Assembly: GCA_038231275.1 (NCBI GenBank)
Contig: JBBRLQ010000024.1
Coordinates: 59,244 to 123,243 of the forward strand
Reading direction: 5' to 3'
Source of the DNA: Polyangiales bacterium
GTDB taxonomy: Bacteria > Myxococcota_A > Polyangia > Polyangiales > Polyangiaceae
DNA: 64,000 bases
Below are positions 8,867 to 18,648 of the stretch, piece after piece; position 1 is the first letter of the stretch; each line of letters starts with the position of its first letter. A program made the position numbers and the translations under genes. The notes beneath the pieces were generated by a model that was not told the origin of the DNA, searched no databases, and was given only the letters and a program-made list of their open reading frames with translations.

Positions 8867-10149
8867 TCGGACTCGACGATCGCGACGCGTTCATCGGCCC
8901 AGGCGCTCCGCGGCGCCCGCGTAGTCCGGGCGACCACGCCGCCGGCGCGCACGAACACCTCCACCGGCAGCGCGCGCCCGTTGTACTGGCTCGCCATCGT
9001 GTACCCGTACGCGCCCGCATCGAGGATGGCGACGACCGACGGCGGCTCCTTCGGCAGCGCGTGCTCTCCGAAATCGCACGAGCTCTCGCACACCGGCCCG
9101 ACGACGCGCCACGGGACCGTCTCACCGGAGCCGCCAGCGCCGGGCACCGCGACGATGCGGTGACGCGCCTGATAGAGTGCGGGGCGGATGAGATCGTTCA
9201 TGCCGGCGTCGAGCATGAGCCAGCGGCGCGCGGCGTCGCCCGTCACCGTCTCCTTCTTCTGAATCACGCGCGAGAGGAGAAGTCCGTGCGCTCCGACGAG
9301 CGCGCGTCCCGGCTCGACGTGGAGCGAGAGTCCGGCGAGACCGGCGCCACGCAGCTCCGCGCGCGCCGCGGCGACGAAATCGGCTGGGCGGACCGGGCAG
9401 CCGTCGCCGTAGTCGATGCCGAAGCCCCCGCCGGTATCGACGAACTCAAGGGGAGCTCCCGCGGCTCTGGCGCGTGCCGCGAACCCGAGCAAAACGCGTG
9501 CACTCTGCACGTAAGGGTCGACGGCGGTGAGCTGCGAGCCGACGTGACACGCCACCCCGACCAGCGCGACGTTCGGGAGCGCGACCGCGCGCGCGATCGC
9601 CAAGTCCACGTCGCCGCGCGGGACGCCGAACTTCGCCTCGTCATGCCCCGTCGTGATGTGCGCGTGCGTGCCGATGTCACCGGCGTCGACCTGGGGGTTC
9701 ACGCGAATGCTTACGCGTGCGATCTGCCTCGCCGCGCGGGCGCGTGCGTCGACTCGCTCCAGCTCCTCGAGACTCTCGACCTGCACCGCGCAGATGCCGC
9801 GCGCGATGGCGAGATCGAGCTCGTCATCGGTCTTGGCGACGCCGCTGTAGACAACGTGCGCCGGCGCCATTCCGCACGCGAGCGCCAGCAAGAGCTCGGC
9901 GCCGCTCACGACGTCGGCCCCGCACCCTTCACGCGCCAACGCCCGCACGATCGGCCCCGCGCTGTTCGCCTTGATCGCGTACGCGACGAGCCCAGTCGGA
10001 TCCGTCGTCACCCGCATCGCCCGGACGAGCTCCCGCGCGTCGTCCGCGATGCCGTCGAGGTCGTACACGTACGTCGGCGTCCCGATGCGCGAATCGCCCG
10101 CCACCGCGAGCGACAGACCTAACAGTTTCCGGTGTGTTTCCGAGCTCAC
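8863..10149 (-). CDS. lysA: Diaminopimelate decarboxylase
   Basis: TPTYVYD, AYAIKANS (PLP Lys), KFG, HVGSQ, DTGGGFGIDY, EPGR, DAGMNDLIRPALY, GPVCESSC, GAYG..MASQYN; start either GTG 10149 or ATG 10185. Confidence 0.93.
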   Translation of the reverse strand: MSSETHRKLLGLSLAVAGDSRIGTPTYVYDLDGIADDARELVRAMRVTTDPTGLVAYAIKANSAGPIVRALAREGCGADVVSGAELLLALACGMAPAHVVYSGVAKTDDELDLAIARGICAVQVESLEELERVDARARAARQIARVSIRVNPQVDAGDIGTHAHITTGHDEAKFGVPRGDVDLAIARAVALPNVALVGVACHVGSQLTAVDPYVQSARVLLGFAARARAAGAPLEFVDTGGGFGIDYGDGCPVRPADFVAAARAELRGAGLAGLSLHVEPGRALVGAHGLLLSRVIQKKETVTGDAARRWLMLDAGMNDLIRPALYQARHRIVAVPGAGGSGETVPWRVVGPVCESSCDFGEHALPKEPPSVVAILDAGAYGYTMASQYNGRALPVEVFVRAGGVVARTTRAPRSAWADERVAIVESE

Positions 10150-10197
10150 GGTGTTTCGCGCTTCGTTTCCCGTCCACTTTGGCATAAGTACCAGGCA

Positions 10198-11610
10198 ATG
10201 GCGATCCGCCGCGCCAAGCTCGTGTGCACGCTCGGCCCTGCGTGCAGCACCGTCGAGGGGCTCGAGAGCCTCATCGCCGCCGGCATGGACGTCGCGCGCC
10301 TGAACTTCTCGCACGGCACCCACGCGCAGCACGGCGAGCAGCTCGCGCGCCTGCGCAAGGCCAGCGACAACCAGCGGAAGGCCGTCGCCGCGCTGCAAGA
10401 TCTCTGCGGCCCGAAGATTCGCACCGGCAGCTTCGCGTGCAACTTCACTCTGCCGACCGGCGTCGAGGTCACGCTCGTCGAAGGCGAGGCGTCCGCCGAC
10501 GAGCGCGTCATCCCCATCCAGTACGAGGGCCTCGCGGGCGACGTGCGCGTCGGCGATGTCATCTTGTTCGACGACGGTCGCCTCGTCCTCCGTGTTCACG
10601 GCATCGAGGGCGAGAGCGTCAAGGCGAAGGTCGAGCAGGGTGGCGGAATGCGCAACCACGTCGGCGTGCACCTGCCGAGCAAGACGATGCGCGTCAGCGC
10701 CCTCACCGAAAAGGACAAGGAGGATCTGTCCTTCGGCCTCTCGTCGGGCGTCGACTACATCGCGCTCAGCTTCGTGCGCCGCGCCGACGACATCAAGCTC
10801 GTGCGAGAAATCGCGCTCGAGTGGGGCCAGCCCACGCCCATCGTCGCCAAGATCGAGACCCCCGACGCGATCGAGAACCTCGAGTCGATCGTCGCGGCCT
10901 CCGACGGCGTGATGGTGGCGCGCGGCGATCTCGGCGTCGAGTTCCCGCCCGAGCGCGTGCCGGTCATCCAGCGTCAAATCCTGGGCGTCGCGCGGCGCGT
11001 GCGGCGACCCGTCATCGTCGCGACCGAGATGCTCCAGTCGATGACGAAGGCGACGCGACCGACGCGCGCCGAAGCGAGCGACGTCGCGAACGCGGTCTTC
11101 TCGGGCACCGATGCGCTCATGCTCTCGGGCGAGACCGCGACCGGCGATCACCCTTCCCTCGCCGCGCAAATGATGAGCCGCATCGCGATGGAGGCGGAGA
11201 CCAGCCCCTTCTACGAGCAAGTCCCCTACGCAAGCCGCGCGACCAGCATCGCCGAGGCCGTGGCGCGCGGCGCCTGCAACACCGCGCGCGAGATCGGCGC
11301 GCGCTACCTCGTCGCCTTCACGGAGAGCGGCTCGTCGGCGATGAACGTGAGCCTCGCGCGCCCGTCGGTCCCGATCATCGCGTTCTCGCCCAACGCCAAG
11401 ACGCGCCGACGCATGAACCTCTTCTGGGGCGTCATCCCGCGCGACATGCCGCAAGGCGTCATCGATCCCGACAAGCTCGTCGACTTCTGCACCGCCGATC
11501 TCATGGCGAACGGCCTCGCCTCGCCCGGCGAGCGCGTCGTCATCGTCTTCGGCGCGCCGATCGGCGTCAGCGGAAGTACGAACACGATCCGCGTGCACGT
11601 CCTCGGCTGA
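10198..11610 (+). CDS. pyk: Pyruvate kinase
   Basis: AKLVCTLGP, ARLNFSHG, DLCGPKIR, AKIE, MVARGDLGVE, ATEMLQSM, PTRAEASDV, MLSGETA. Confidence 0.97.
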   Translation: MAIRRAKLVCTLGPACSTVEGLESLIAAGMDVARLNFSHGTHAQHGEQLARLRKASDNQRKAVAALQDLCGPKIRTGSFACNFTLPTGVEVTLVEGEASADERVIPIQYEGLAGDVRVGDVILFDDGRLVLRVHGIEGESVKAKVEQGGGMRNHVGVHLPSKTMRVSALTEKDKEDLSFGLSSGVDYIALSFVRRADDIKLVREIALEWGQPTPIVAKIETPDAIENLESIVAASDGVMVARGDLGVEFPPERVPVIQRQILGVARRVRRPVIVATEMLQSMTKATRPTRAEASDVANAVFSGTDALMLSGETATGDHPSLAAQMMSRIAMEAETSPFYEQVPYASRATSIAEAVARGACNTAREIGARYLVAFTESGSSAMNVSLARPSVPIIAFSPNAKTRRRMNLFWGVIPRDMPQGVIDPDKLVDFCTADLMANGLASPGERVVIVFGAPIGVSGSTNTIRVHVLG

Positions 11611-11631
11611 ATCGCCGTCCGACGAAGAAGC

Positions 11632-12819
11632 TCAGCGCGTGATCGTCGCGCAGCCGAGGACGATCGAGACTTTGCCTTTCGCGTCGTTCTTGACGGAGTT
11701 GCAGTCGGCTCCGTGCAGGATCACCTTCGAAGGGTTCTTCGGATCGTCGTAGGTCCAGCCGTCGGTGCCGTTCTGAACGAGCACGTGCTGCACGCCGTTT
11801 CCGTCGATGTAGATGACGTTCACTTGAGAAGGATCGACCGCGCCGCCCTTGGTGAGGACAAACTCGCAAGTCGCGACCGCGCTGCGGATCTTGTTGATCG
11901 CGTCGATGAAGTCCTGCGTGAGCTGCTGAACGCTCTTGCCGCCCGGGGTCACCTGGAAGTGGCAGGTGCGCGTGGGATCGGAGTTCTCGGTCGGGTTGCA
12001 CCCGGCCGGCGCGGCGCCACCCGCGACGGCGAGCGCGCCCATGAACGCGGGGTCGTAGCTCTTCGTGTCGGTGCTTGGGAACGGGCCGATGCCGACGGCG
12101 AACGTAGCGATGCCCTTCTTGAGCTCGGCCGAGACGAGCGCGGCGTCGTCCGACACGTTGCTGTCGGTGGGGACGCCGTCGGTCATCAGCACGATGACCT
12201 TCTTGCCGCTCGAGAGGAGCGGCGCCTTTGGCGTGAAGGCCTCGAGCGACGCGAACGCGCCGCTGAGCGCGGTCTTGGTCGGCGTGTCGCCGGCAGGGCC
12301 CGACGGCTGGATGCGGCCATGGAGCTTGTCCCTCTGCCCCTTGTCGACGAAGGCGATCGGCACGTCGATGTTCGTCGGGTACGGGCCGGCGCAGCTGCCT
12401 TTGAGCGGGCCGAACGGCGTCTGGATGATCTGGCACGTCGGGTCGAGGTTGTCGGCGAAAGCGATGAGCCCGACGCCGAAGGCCGGATCGTTCTTGGCGA
12501 GCAGATCGTCGAAGATGGCGTCGAGCGCGGGGACGACCGCGGCCCACTTGTTGTCGTTGTCCATGCTGCCGGAGCCGTCGAGGACGATCTGCATGTAGAC
12601 GGGCGCGCGCTGCGCGTCGGCGGTCGCGTTGGCGCAGCCGCCGTCGAGGATGTTGGTGCCGCCGCTCGAGCCGAGGCCCGCGTCGTTGCCGCCGCCGAAC
12701 GCTCCGCTGCTCCCCGAAGGATCGGTGAACCCCGAAGGTCCCTTGCCCGAGCACGCCACCATCACGAGCGCCGTCCCCGCCACCGCGCCCGCACGGCGCG
12801 CCCATTTCGTCCCGCTCAT
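11632..12819 (-). CDS. von Willebrand factor A domain lipoprotein
   Basis: Lipobox VAC, MIDAS DGSGSM, TPT, LMTDG; myxobacterial C-terminal GWTYD...ILHG..C. Confidence 0.85.
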   Translation of the reverse strand: MSGTKWARRAGAVAGTALVMVACSGKGPSGFTDPSGSSGAFGGGNDAGLGSSGGTNILDGGCANATADAQRAPVYMQIVLDGSGSMDNDNKWAAVVPALDAIFDDLLAKNDPAFGVGLIAFADNLDPTCQIIQTPFGPLKGSCAGPYPTNIDVPIAFVDKGQRDKLHGRIQPSGPAGDTPTKTALSGAFASLEAFTPKAPLLSSGKKVIVLMTDGVPTDSNVSDDAALVSAELKKGIATFAVGIGPFPSTDTKSYDPAFMGALAVAGGAAPAGCNPTENSDPTRTCHFQVTPGGKSVQQLTQDFIDAINKIRSAVATCEFVLTKGGAVDPSQVNVIYIDGNGVQHVLVQNGTDGWTYDDPKNPSKVILHGADCNSVKNDAKGKVSIVLGCATITR

Positions 12820-12933
12820 CGTCTACTCCTGTGCTTCAACGCCGGACTTTGCGCATTCGGCGCCTCGCGCCGCAAGCCGTGAAGACGCCGTGAGATGCAA
12901 CGGGGACGGCCCGAGCATGTGCCGAGATGTGCG

Positions 12934-13434
12934 CTAGGCCGTCTTGGCGGAAAAACCGTGCTCGGCGCGTCTCCACAGGGAGACAGGGAGGGCATTTCCA
13001 CGGCGGCGGCGGAGGTCGATGATGCGGGCGCTGGTGAGCGGCACGGTGAAGACCTCGTCGACGACCGCCGCCTCGGAGAGACCGAAGAGGCGCACGAGGA
13101 TAAGTTGCATAGTGCATGCATCCTCTTCTTCGCGGTCGGCGACCTGGGGTTCGACGACGCGCGGGGCGTCGCTGTGGCGATACGGATCGACGCCGAGCCC
13201 GAACTCCGGATGAACGCGCCGCTCGGGATCCGAGACGAGCAGGTGGGCGACCTCGTGGCACTGGCTCTCGAGCGTGAGGCCGGTGGGCCGGAGGTGGCGA
13301 CCGTTCCACGAGTAGCGCGTCTTTCGGTGCGGGCGGCGGGAGAAGAAGATCTTCGCGCCGGGTACGACGCGGTCGACGAGGGTGCGCAGCTCACGCTCCA
13401 CGGCGCGGCGGACGGCGGGAGCGACCTCGTTCAT
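12934..13434 (-). CDS. Small HExxH protein, weakly EpmC (EF-P hydroxylase)-like
   Basis: CHEVAHLLVSDPERRVHPEFGLG followed by EEE..AC. Confidence 0.55.
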   Translation of the reverse strand: MNEVAPAVRRAVERELRTLVDRVVPGAKIFFSRRPHRKTRYSWNGRHLRPTGLTLESQCHEVAHLLVSDPERRVHPEFGLGVDPYRHSDAPRVVEPQVADREEEDACTMQLILVRLFGLSEAAVVDEVFTVPLTSARIIDLRRRRGNALPVSLWRRAEHGFSAKTA

Positions 13435-13477
13435 CGGTCGCCATGGTAACCGGCTCTCAGATGAGAAGCGCGACTCC

Positions 13478-14530
13478 TCAGCGCGTGACGCGGCTCGGCG
13501 AGCATTCGCGCTCGGCGCGCGCACCCGTCATGCCCATGCACCACGCGGTGACGTAGCGGCCGCGCATGCTCGTCTCGTTGAAGGCCGGCCCCCAGTAGCC
13601 GCCGGTGACGTACAAGAAGCCGGGGCTGCCCCAGAGGCCCGAGTACGCGACGAAGAGCTGGTCGTGAAGCGGCGACTCCTTCTCGCCGACGTTGACGAGT
13701 CGCGACGCGGGCTCGGCGCGTCCGTCGGGCCAGATCGCGCGCCCGCCGGTCCATGTTTCGTGGCGAACGCTGCTGCGCGATCCGCTGGCCCGCGTCGAGT
13801 GCCCACCCGGCTCGGACCACACGTGCGCGTGGCCTTCCTGCACGTCGAGCTCGCGCCACGGGATCTCCTCGAGCGACGCGTGGCCGAGGAGTCGCACGAA
13901 CGACGGGGCGAGGCGCGCGTCGAGGACCACGTGCATGCCCTCCCAGTCGCCGCCGTGCTGGCTCGATCCGTCGTTGTACGCGTAGAGGCGCCAGTACTGC
14001 ACGGTGACGCCGCCCTCGTCGCTCGCGTAGACGTGCGCGTAGGTCGTCCAAGCGCGCGGGTCGCGGCTTCCACTGCGCGTGGCGAGGGGAACGTCCTCGA
14101 GGAAGAAGGTGCGCTGCTTGTTCGCGCTCCGCGACCCAGACGAGAGGACGACGTCGGACGCGCCGCACCCGCCTCGGTGTGAGCGGCCGACGAGATCGCG
14201 CTGGGTAGGCGCGCTCTTCATGCGCACTTCGAGGTCCGGGGAGCAGTCGTCGTCGAAGAAGGCGAGCGCGCTCGAGGCGAGGAGGGAGTCGACGTCGACC
14301 GGGAAGTTCGGCTCGTCGTCGCGGTGGTGCACGATCGGCGCGAACCGCTCGGCGATGGCGTCTTCACACGCGTCGGCGAGGCCGTCGTGATCGTCGTCGC
14401 GCGCGTCCCCTCGCGCTTCGCAGGCCTGGGCACTCCCGGCGCGCGGCGCCACGGAGAGAGGGAGCGCCGTCGTGCACCCCGTAGCGCAGAGCGCGAAGGC
14501 GCACAGCGCCGAAAGTCGTCTGCCGGTCAC
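13478..14530 (-). CDS. Lipoprotein with Vps62/NPP1-like domain
   Basis: Lipobox-like ATGC, DDDHDG Ca-binding loop, RFAP, QYWRLYAYN, HGGDWE motif; start uncertain. Confidence 0.65.
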   Translation of the reverse strand: MTGRRLSALCAFALCATGCTTALPLSVAPRAGSAQACEARGDARDDDHDGLADACEDAIAERFAPIVHHRDDEPNFPVDVDSLLASSALAFFDDDCSPDLEVRMKSAPTQRDLVGRSHRGGCGASDVVLSSGSRSANKQRTFFLEDVPLATRSGSRDPRAWTTYAHVYASDEGGVTVQYWRLYAYNDGSSQHGGDWEGMHVVLDARLAPSFVRLLGHASLEEIPWRELDVQEGHAHVWSEPGGHSTRASGSRSSVRHETWTGGRAIWPDGRAEPASRLVNVGEKESPLHDQLFVAYSGLWGSPGFLYVTGGYWGPAFNETSMRGRYVTAWCMGMTGARAERECSPSRVTR

Positions 14531-14656
14531 GAGAAGAGGATGCGACGCCGCCCCACGCCACCGCAATCGATCCTCGCACGCCGCGCCAAGATTGGTCGGC
14601 GCATGTGCGGCAGTCCGGGGTAGTCAAGCTGCCGCGGATGGCGGATGGTTTCGCCG

Positions 14657-15970
14657 TTAGAGGCAGGATTGCGCCACGTCGATGCAGGCGCTCTTGCAGC
14701 AGTACGTGGACCCGGTGCACGGGGCGTTGCAGCCGCCGCAGTTGGCGTTGTCGTTGGTCGTGTTGGTCTCGCAGCCGTTGCCGGCGCCGAGCAGGCCGAT
14801 GTCGCCGTTGCAGTCGGCGAAGCCGAGCGCGCACGCGTAGGCGCACGAGCCGGAGTTGCAAGAGAGGCTGCTCTGGGCCGGCGCATTCGCCGCACAGTCG
14901 ACGCAGCCCGCGCCGCACTGCGCCGTGCTGTTGTCGGGCACGCACGCGGCCGCGCAGTTGTGGCTCCCGCCGTTGCACGCGAAATTGCAGGCCCCCCCCA
15001 CGCACGAAGCGGTGCTCCCGCTCGGCCCCTGGAGGGTGCAGTCGTTGGGGCAAGTGCCGCAGTGCTTCGTAGACGTCGCGAGCGCGACCTCGCAGCCGTC
15101 GCCGCTCGTGCCCTGGGGGAGGTCGTTGTCGCAGTCGGCGGTCCCGCCCAGGCAGGTGTACGTGCACGCGCCGAGATCGCAGGACGGCGTAACGTTCAAG
15201 CTGGCGCTCGGCGTGCAGTCCTTGCAGGCGACGCCGCAGGCGGTGACCGTCGAGTCGGGCACGCACACGCCGCCGCAGTCGTGGAACAGCGCCTTGCACC
15301 GGAAGCCGCACGTGCTGCCCGCGCACGTCGGGTCCGCGTTGGCCGGCGGCGAGCATGGCGTGGTGCAGCCACCGCAGTGGGCCGTGTCCGTGGTCGTGTC
15401 GATGCAGTCCCCGCCGGCGACGCACTGCAGCTGGCCGGCGGGGCACGTGCTCACGCACCCGTAAATTCCGCCGGCGCCCTTGGAGCACACATAGTTGGCC
15501 GAGCACTTGATGCCGCACCCGCCGCAGTTGTCGGACTTCGAAATATCGGTCTCGCATCCGTTGAAGGCGCCGGCGCAATCGCGGTAGCCGTCAGCGCACG
15601 TTGCCTTGCACGCGATCCCGCCATCGAGGCCGATGCAGTCGACCTTGGTCGCGTGCTGGTTGGGGCAGATGTCGCACGATGGGCCGCCGCACCCGAAGTT
15701 GGGGTTGATGATCGAGATGCACGCGCCTGCGCAGTTCTTCTGACCAGGAGGGCAGCCGACGGCGGCGTCGAACGCCCCGGAGGCGTCGGGCAGCGCTTGG
15801 TCGACTGGCGCGTCGCTCAGGAAGAAGCCGTCGCTCGCCGCGTCGGAGGTGGTGGCGTCCATCCCGTCGTCCACCAGCGAGCCAGATCGATTCCCCAGGA
15901 TCGCGTTGCACCCGACGACCATCGCGAAAATGGCCGCGGCCGCCAGGAGGAGCGCGCGAGCGGCGCTCAC
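14657..15970 (-). CDS. Cys-rich repeat lipoprotein (Stig1/MXAN_6577-like)
   Basis: Lipobox VGC; repeated NCGGCxxxC and 'DCxxxxxxGCE' units. Confidence 0.8.
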   Translation of the reverse strand: MSAARALLLAAAAIFAMVVGCNAILGNRSGSLVDDGMDATTSDAASDGFFLSDAPVDQALPDASGAFDAAVGCPPGQKNCAGACISIINPNFGCGGPSCDICPNQHATKVDCIGLDGGIACKATCADGYRDCAGAFNGCETDISKSDNCGGCGIKCSANYVCSKGAGGIYGCVSTCPAGQLQCVAGGDCIDTTTDTAHCGGCTTPCSPPANADPTCAGSTCGFRCKALFHDCGGVCVPDSTVTACGVACKDCTPSASLNVTPSCDLGACTYTCLGGTADCDNDLPQGTSGDGCEVALATSTKHCGTCPNDCTLQGPSGSTASCVGGACNFACNGGSHNCAAACVPDNSTAQCGAGCVDCAANAPAQSSLSCNSGSCAYACALGFADCNGDIGLLGAGNGCETNTTNDNANCGGCNAPCTGSTYCCKSACIDVAQSCL

Positions 15971-16950
15971 CAGAACGTCCCTCCGATGCCGCTCGCCGTC
16001 GGCGCGATGCAAAGGGCCGTCCTCGGCGCCGCCGGGCGCGCCTTCGGCGCGAAGAGGACGAGCAGCACGCCGCCCACGACCGCGGCGCCGCCTACCACGA
16101 ACGACACCGTCGAGACGTTGCCCGCCGTGAGCGCGGCGTCGCGATCGCTCACCCCCTTCGCGTTGCAGAGGTCGCCCGTGCAATTCTTGTCAGCGTCGCT
16201 CTTCTTGGACATCGACTGCAGGCCAGCGATCGAGCCCACGGCGAGCGCCGCGACCCCAACACCCATCGTCACGAAGCCGGCGCTGCGCTGCGTGGCGCTT
16301 GGCCGCGGCTCCGGCGGCTTGACGTCTGGGGGCGGCGGCGCGTCGACCGCGAGCGCGGGGACGTCCAACCTGGCGCTCGCGCTCGGCGCGACCTTGACGA
16401 CGGACGACCACGCCTTTCGACCGGGCGCTGTGGCGGTGACGAGGTGCTGCCCCGGATCGATCGGCAGGACGAGCCCCCACTGGGCCTCTCCCACTTCGAG
16501 CTCGTCGCGCGTGATCTTGAGCCTCGTGGTCTTCGCGTCCGCGGATTGGACGACGAGCGTGAGGTGCGCCAGCTTCGGAAAGAGCGCCGCCGCCCGCGCG
16601 CGCGCGTCCGCCTCGCGCCCTGCCTGCGCTTGCGCCTTCGCTTGTGCGGCCACGTCGAGGAACGACGCCCACGCGCTCGCGGTTCGGCCCATGTTCTCGT
16701 AGCAGTCGGCCAGGTTGTAGAGCGTGCCCATCCCCGGGTCGAGGCGCTGGCTCTCTTCGAGCTGGGGACACGCCGCGGCGAAGTCCCCGCGCGCCATGCG
16801 CCCGCGCGCCTCCTTGAAGAGCGCCTCCGCCGTCGCCTCGTCCGTCGCTGCGCGCGCAGGTGCGCTCGCCGCCAGGATCGCGAAGCTCAAGACGGAGCCG
16901 AGGGCGAGGAGCCGCGCGGTCCTCGCGCGACCGCGTCTACTTGCGCTCAT
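15967..16950 (-). CDS. Exported TPR + PEGA-like domain protein
   Basis: Signal peptide, AEALFKEAR...ACPQLEESQRLDP..GTLYNLADCYE TPR, PIDPGQH PEGA-type fold, C-terminal TM segments. Confidence 0.8.
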   Translation of the reverse strand: MSASRRGRARTARLLALGSVLSFAILAASAPARAATDEATAEALFKEARGRMARGDFAAACPQLEESQRLDPGMGTLYNLADCYENMGRTASAWASFLDVAAQAKAQAQAGREADARARAAALFPKLAHLTLVVQSADAKTTRLKITRDELEVGEAQWGLVLPIDPGQHLVTATAPGRKAWSSVVKVAPSASARLDVPALAVDAPPPPDVKPPEPRPSATQRSAGFVTMGVGVAALAVGSIAGLQSMSKKSDADKNCTGDLCNAKGVSDRDAALTAGNVSTVSFVVGGAAVVGGVLLVLFAPKARPAAPRTALCIAPTASGIGGTFW

Positions 16951-18406
16951 CCCAGGTCACCGGCTTGGTGGCGGCCGGCGGCTCCGGCGACGACGCCGCG
17001 GGGACCGTCGGAGGCGGCCCTGGCGGCGCCAACGCCGCGACGGCCTTGGTCCGCGGCACCGTCGGTGTGCGGGGGGGCGTAGGAGGAGCGGGCGCCGTCG
17101 TGGGGCCGGGCGGCATCGCCGCTGTCGTATCCGGTGGCGGGACCGCCTCCGGCGCGGGCGCAGCGGCGACCGGCGCGGCGTGCGCTTCGGTGCTCTCCGG
17201 CGGCGGTGCCGGCGCCTGCACGGCCGCCGACGTAGCGTGCGTGGTGCGCGACGACGCCTTGCGCGCCGCGACGAGGCCGCCGCTCACGAGGAGCGCGACG
17301 CCGACCGCCCAGCCGACCCCCAAGAGGAAGCTTCGGCGCTTGGACCCCATCGCCGTCGCCGGCATCGTCGGCATCGCCTGCGTCGGGTTTTCGTCGCCGC
17401 GGTTCGTCGTCGCGAGCGCGGCGAGGCTCGGGGAGGCCATGCGCGGCGCCGGCGAGTTCCCCGACAAGCGCCTCATCGCGCGGGCGGTTCGGCTCGCCGC
17501 CTCGGCCCCGATGTCCGTCCCGAATGGCGCGAGCGCCTCGGCCAGCCCGGCGACGTCCTGGAAGCGATCGTCGGGTCGCTTCTCCAGGCACTTGATCACG
17601 GCCTTGTCGATCGCGAGCGGGATCTGGCCGCGCCGCCGCGACGGCGGGAGCGGTGTATCCTCGAGGATCGAAGAGCAGACCTGCGACATGGTCTCGCCCC
17701 CGAACGGCGGCTGGCCGGTGAGGAGCTCGTACAGGATGACGCCCAGCGCCCAAATGTCGGAGCGCGCGTCGGCGTCGCGCGTCGCGCGCATTTGCTCGGG
17801 TGACATGTAGATGGGCGAGCCCAGCACAGCGTGCGCCGAGGTCAGGCTGAGCGTGGCGCCCGACACCGTCGCATCCTTCGAGATGCCGAAGTCGAGAACC
17901 TTGAGGATTGGCACGCCCGACGTCGACGCCGCCAGGAAGAGGTTCGCGGGCTTCAGATCGCGGTGGATGATGCCGAGCGCGTGCGCTTCGGCCAGGCCTT
18001 CGGCGGCTTGCAAAACGTAGTCGACGACGTCGGCGATCGGAAACGCGCCTTGCCGCTGCAGCGTGTGCTCGAGGTCCTCCCCTTCGAGCAGCTCCATGAC
18101 GATATACGGCACCTCGTTCTCGAGGACGCTCGCGTCGTAGACGCGCACGACGTGCTCGTTACGGATCCTCAACGCCGCACGCGCTTCGCGGAGAAATCGC
18201 GCCATCACGTCGACGCCCACGCCCTCGCCGAGCGCGTCGGGGCGGAGGAACTTGATGGCGACGCGCTCCTCGAGCTGGATGTGCAGCGCCTCGACCACGA
18301 CGCCCATGCCGCCTTCGGCGATCCGCCGGACGACGCGGTACTTTCCGGCGACGATGTCCCCCGTCTCGGGGAGCCCGGGTTGAGGCTTCTTCATAGAAGA
18401 CGTCAT
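16937..18406 (-). CDS. Membrane-anchored Hanks-type Ser/Thr protein kinase
   Basis: IAEGGMG, VAIK, HRDLKPANL, DFG, YMSPEQ, DIWALG; TM helix and Pro-rich tail. Confidence 0.95.
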   Translation of the reverse strand: MTSSMKKPQPGLPETGDIVAGKYRVVRRIAEGGMGVVVEALHIQLEERVAIKFLRPDALGEGVGVDVMARFLREARAALRIRNEHVVRVYDASVLENEVPYIVMELLEGEDLEHTLQRQGAFPIADVVDYVLQAAEGLAEAHALGIIHRDLKPANLFLAASTSGVPILKVLDFGISKDATVSGATLSLTSAHAVLGSPIYMSPEQMRATRDADARSDIWALGVILYELLTGQPPFGGETMSQVCSSILEDTPLPPSRRRGQIPLAIDKAVIKCLEKRPDDRFQDVAGLAEALAPFGTDIGAEAASRTARAMRRLSGNSPAPRMASPSLAALATTNRGDENPTQAMPTMPATAMGSKRRSFLLGVGWAVGVALLVSGGLVAARKASSRTTHATSAAVQAPAPPPESTEAHAAPVAAAPAPEAVPPPDTTAAMPPGPTTAPAPPTPPRTPTVPRTKAVAALAPPGPPPTVPAASSPEPPAATKPVTWDERK

Positions 18407-18648
18407 GCGCTCACCCCCCGTCGCTTGCGTACGACCGACATCACAGCCATCCACAGTACCACGCGGCCGCCGGGCGGGAGCGAGGCGCCGTCCTGCGGGT
18501 GAAGGAGGGCGATATGCGCAAACCCGCCACACGTGTCGTCCCCGGGTCCGCCGCGTGCGGCTTTTCAACCTCGACGTCGCGCGGTCGTCCCGCGCGGCGC
18601 GTGCTCACTGGAAATTGCCGCTGAGCTCCCGGTGGGCCGCGGTGCACA

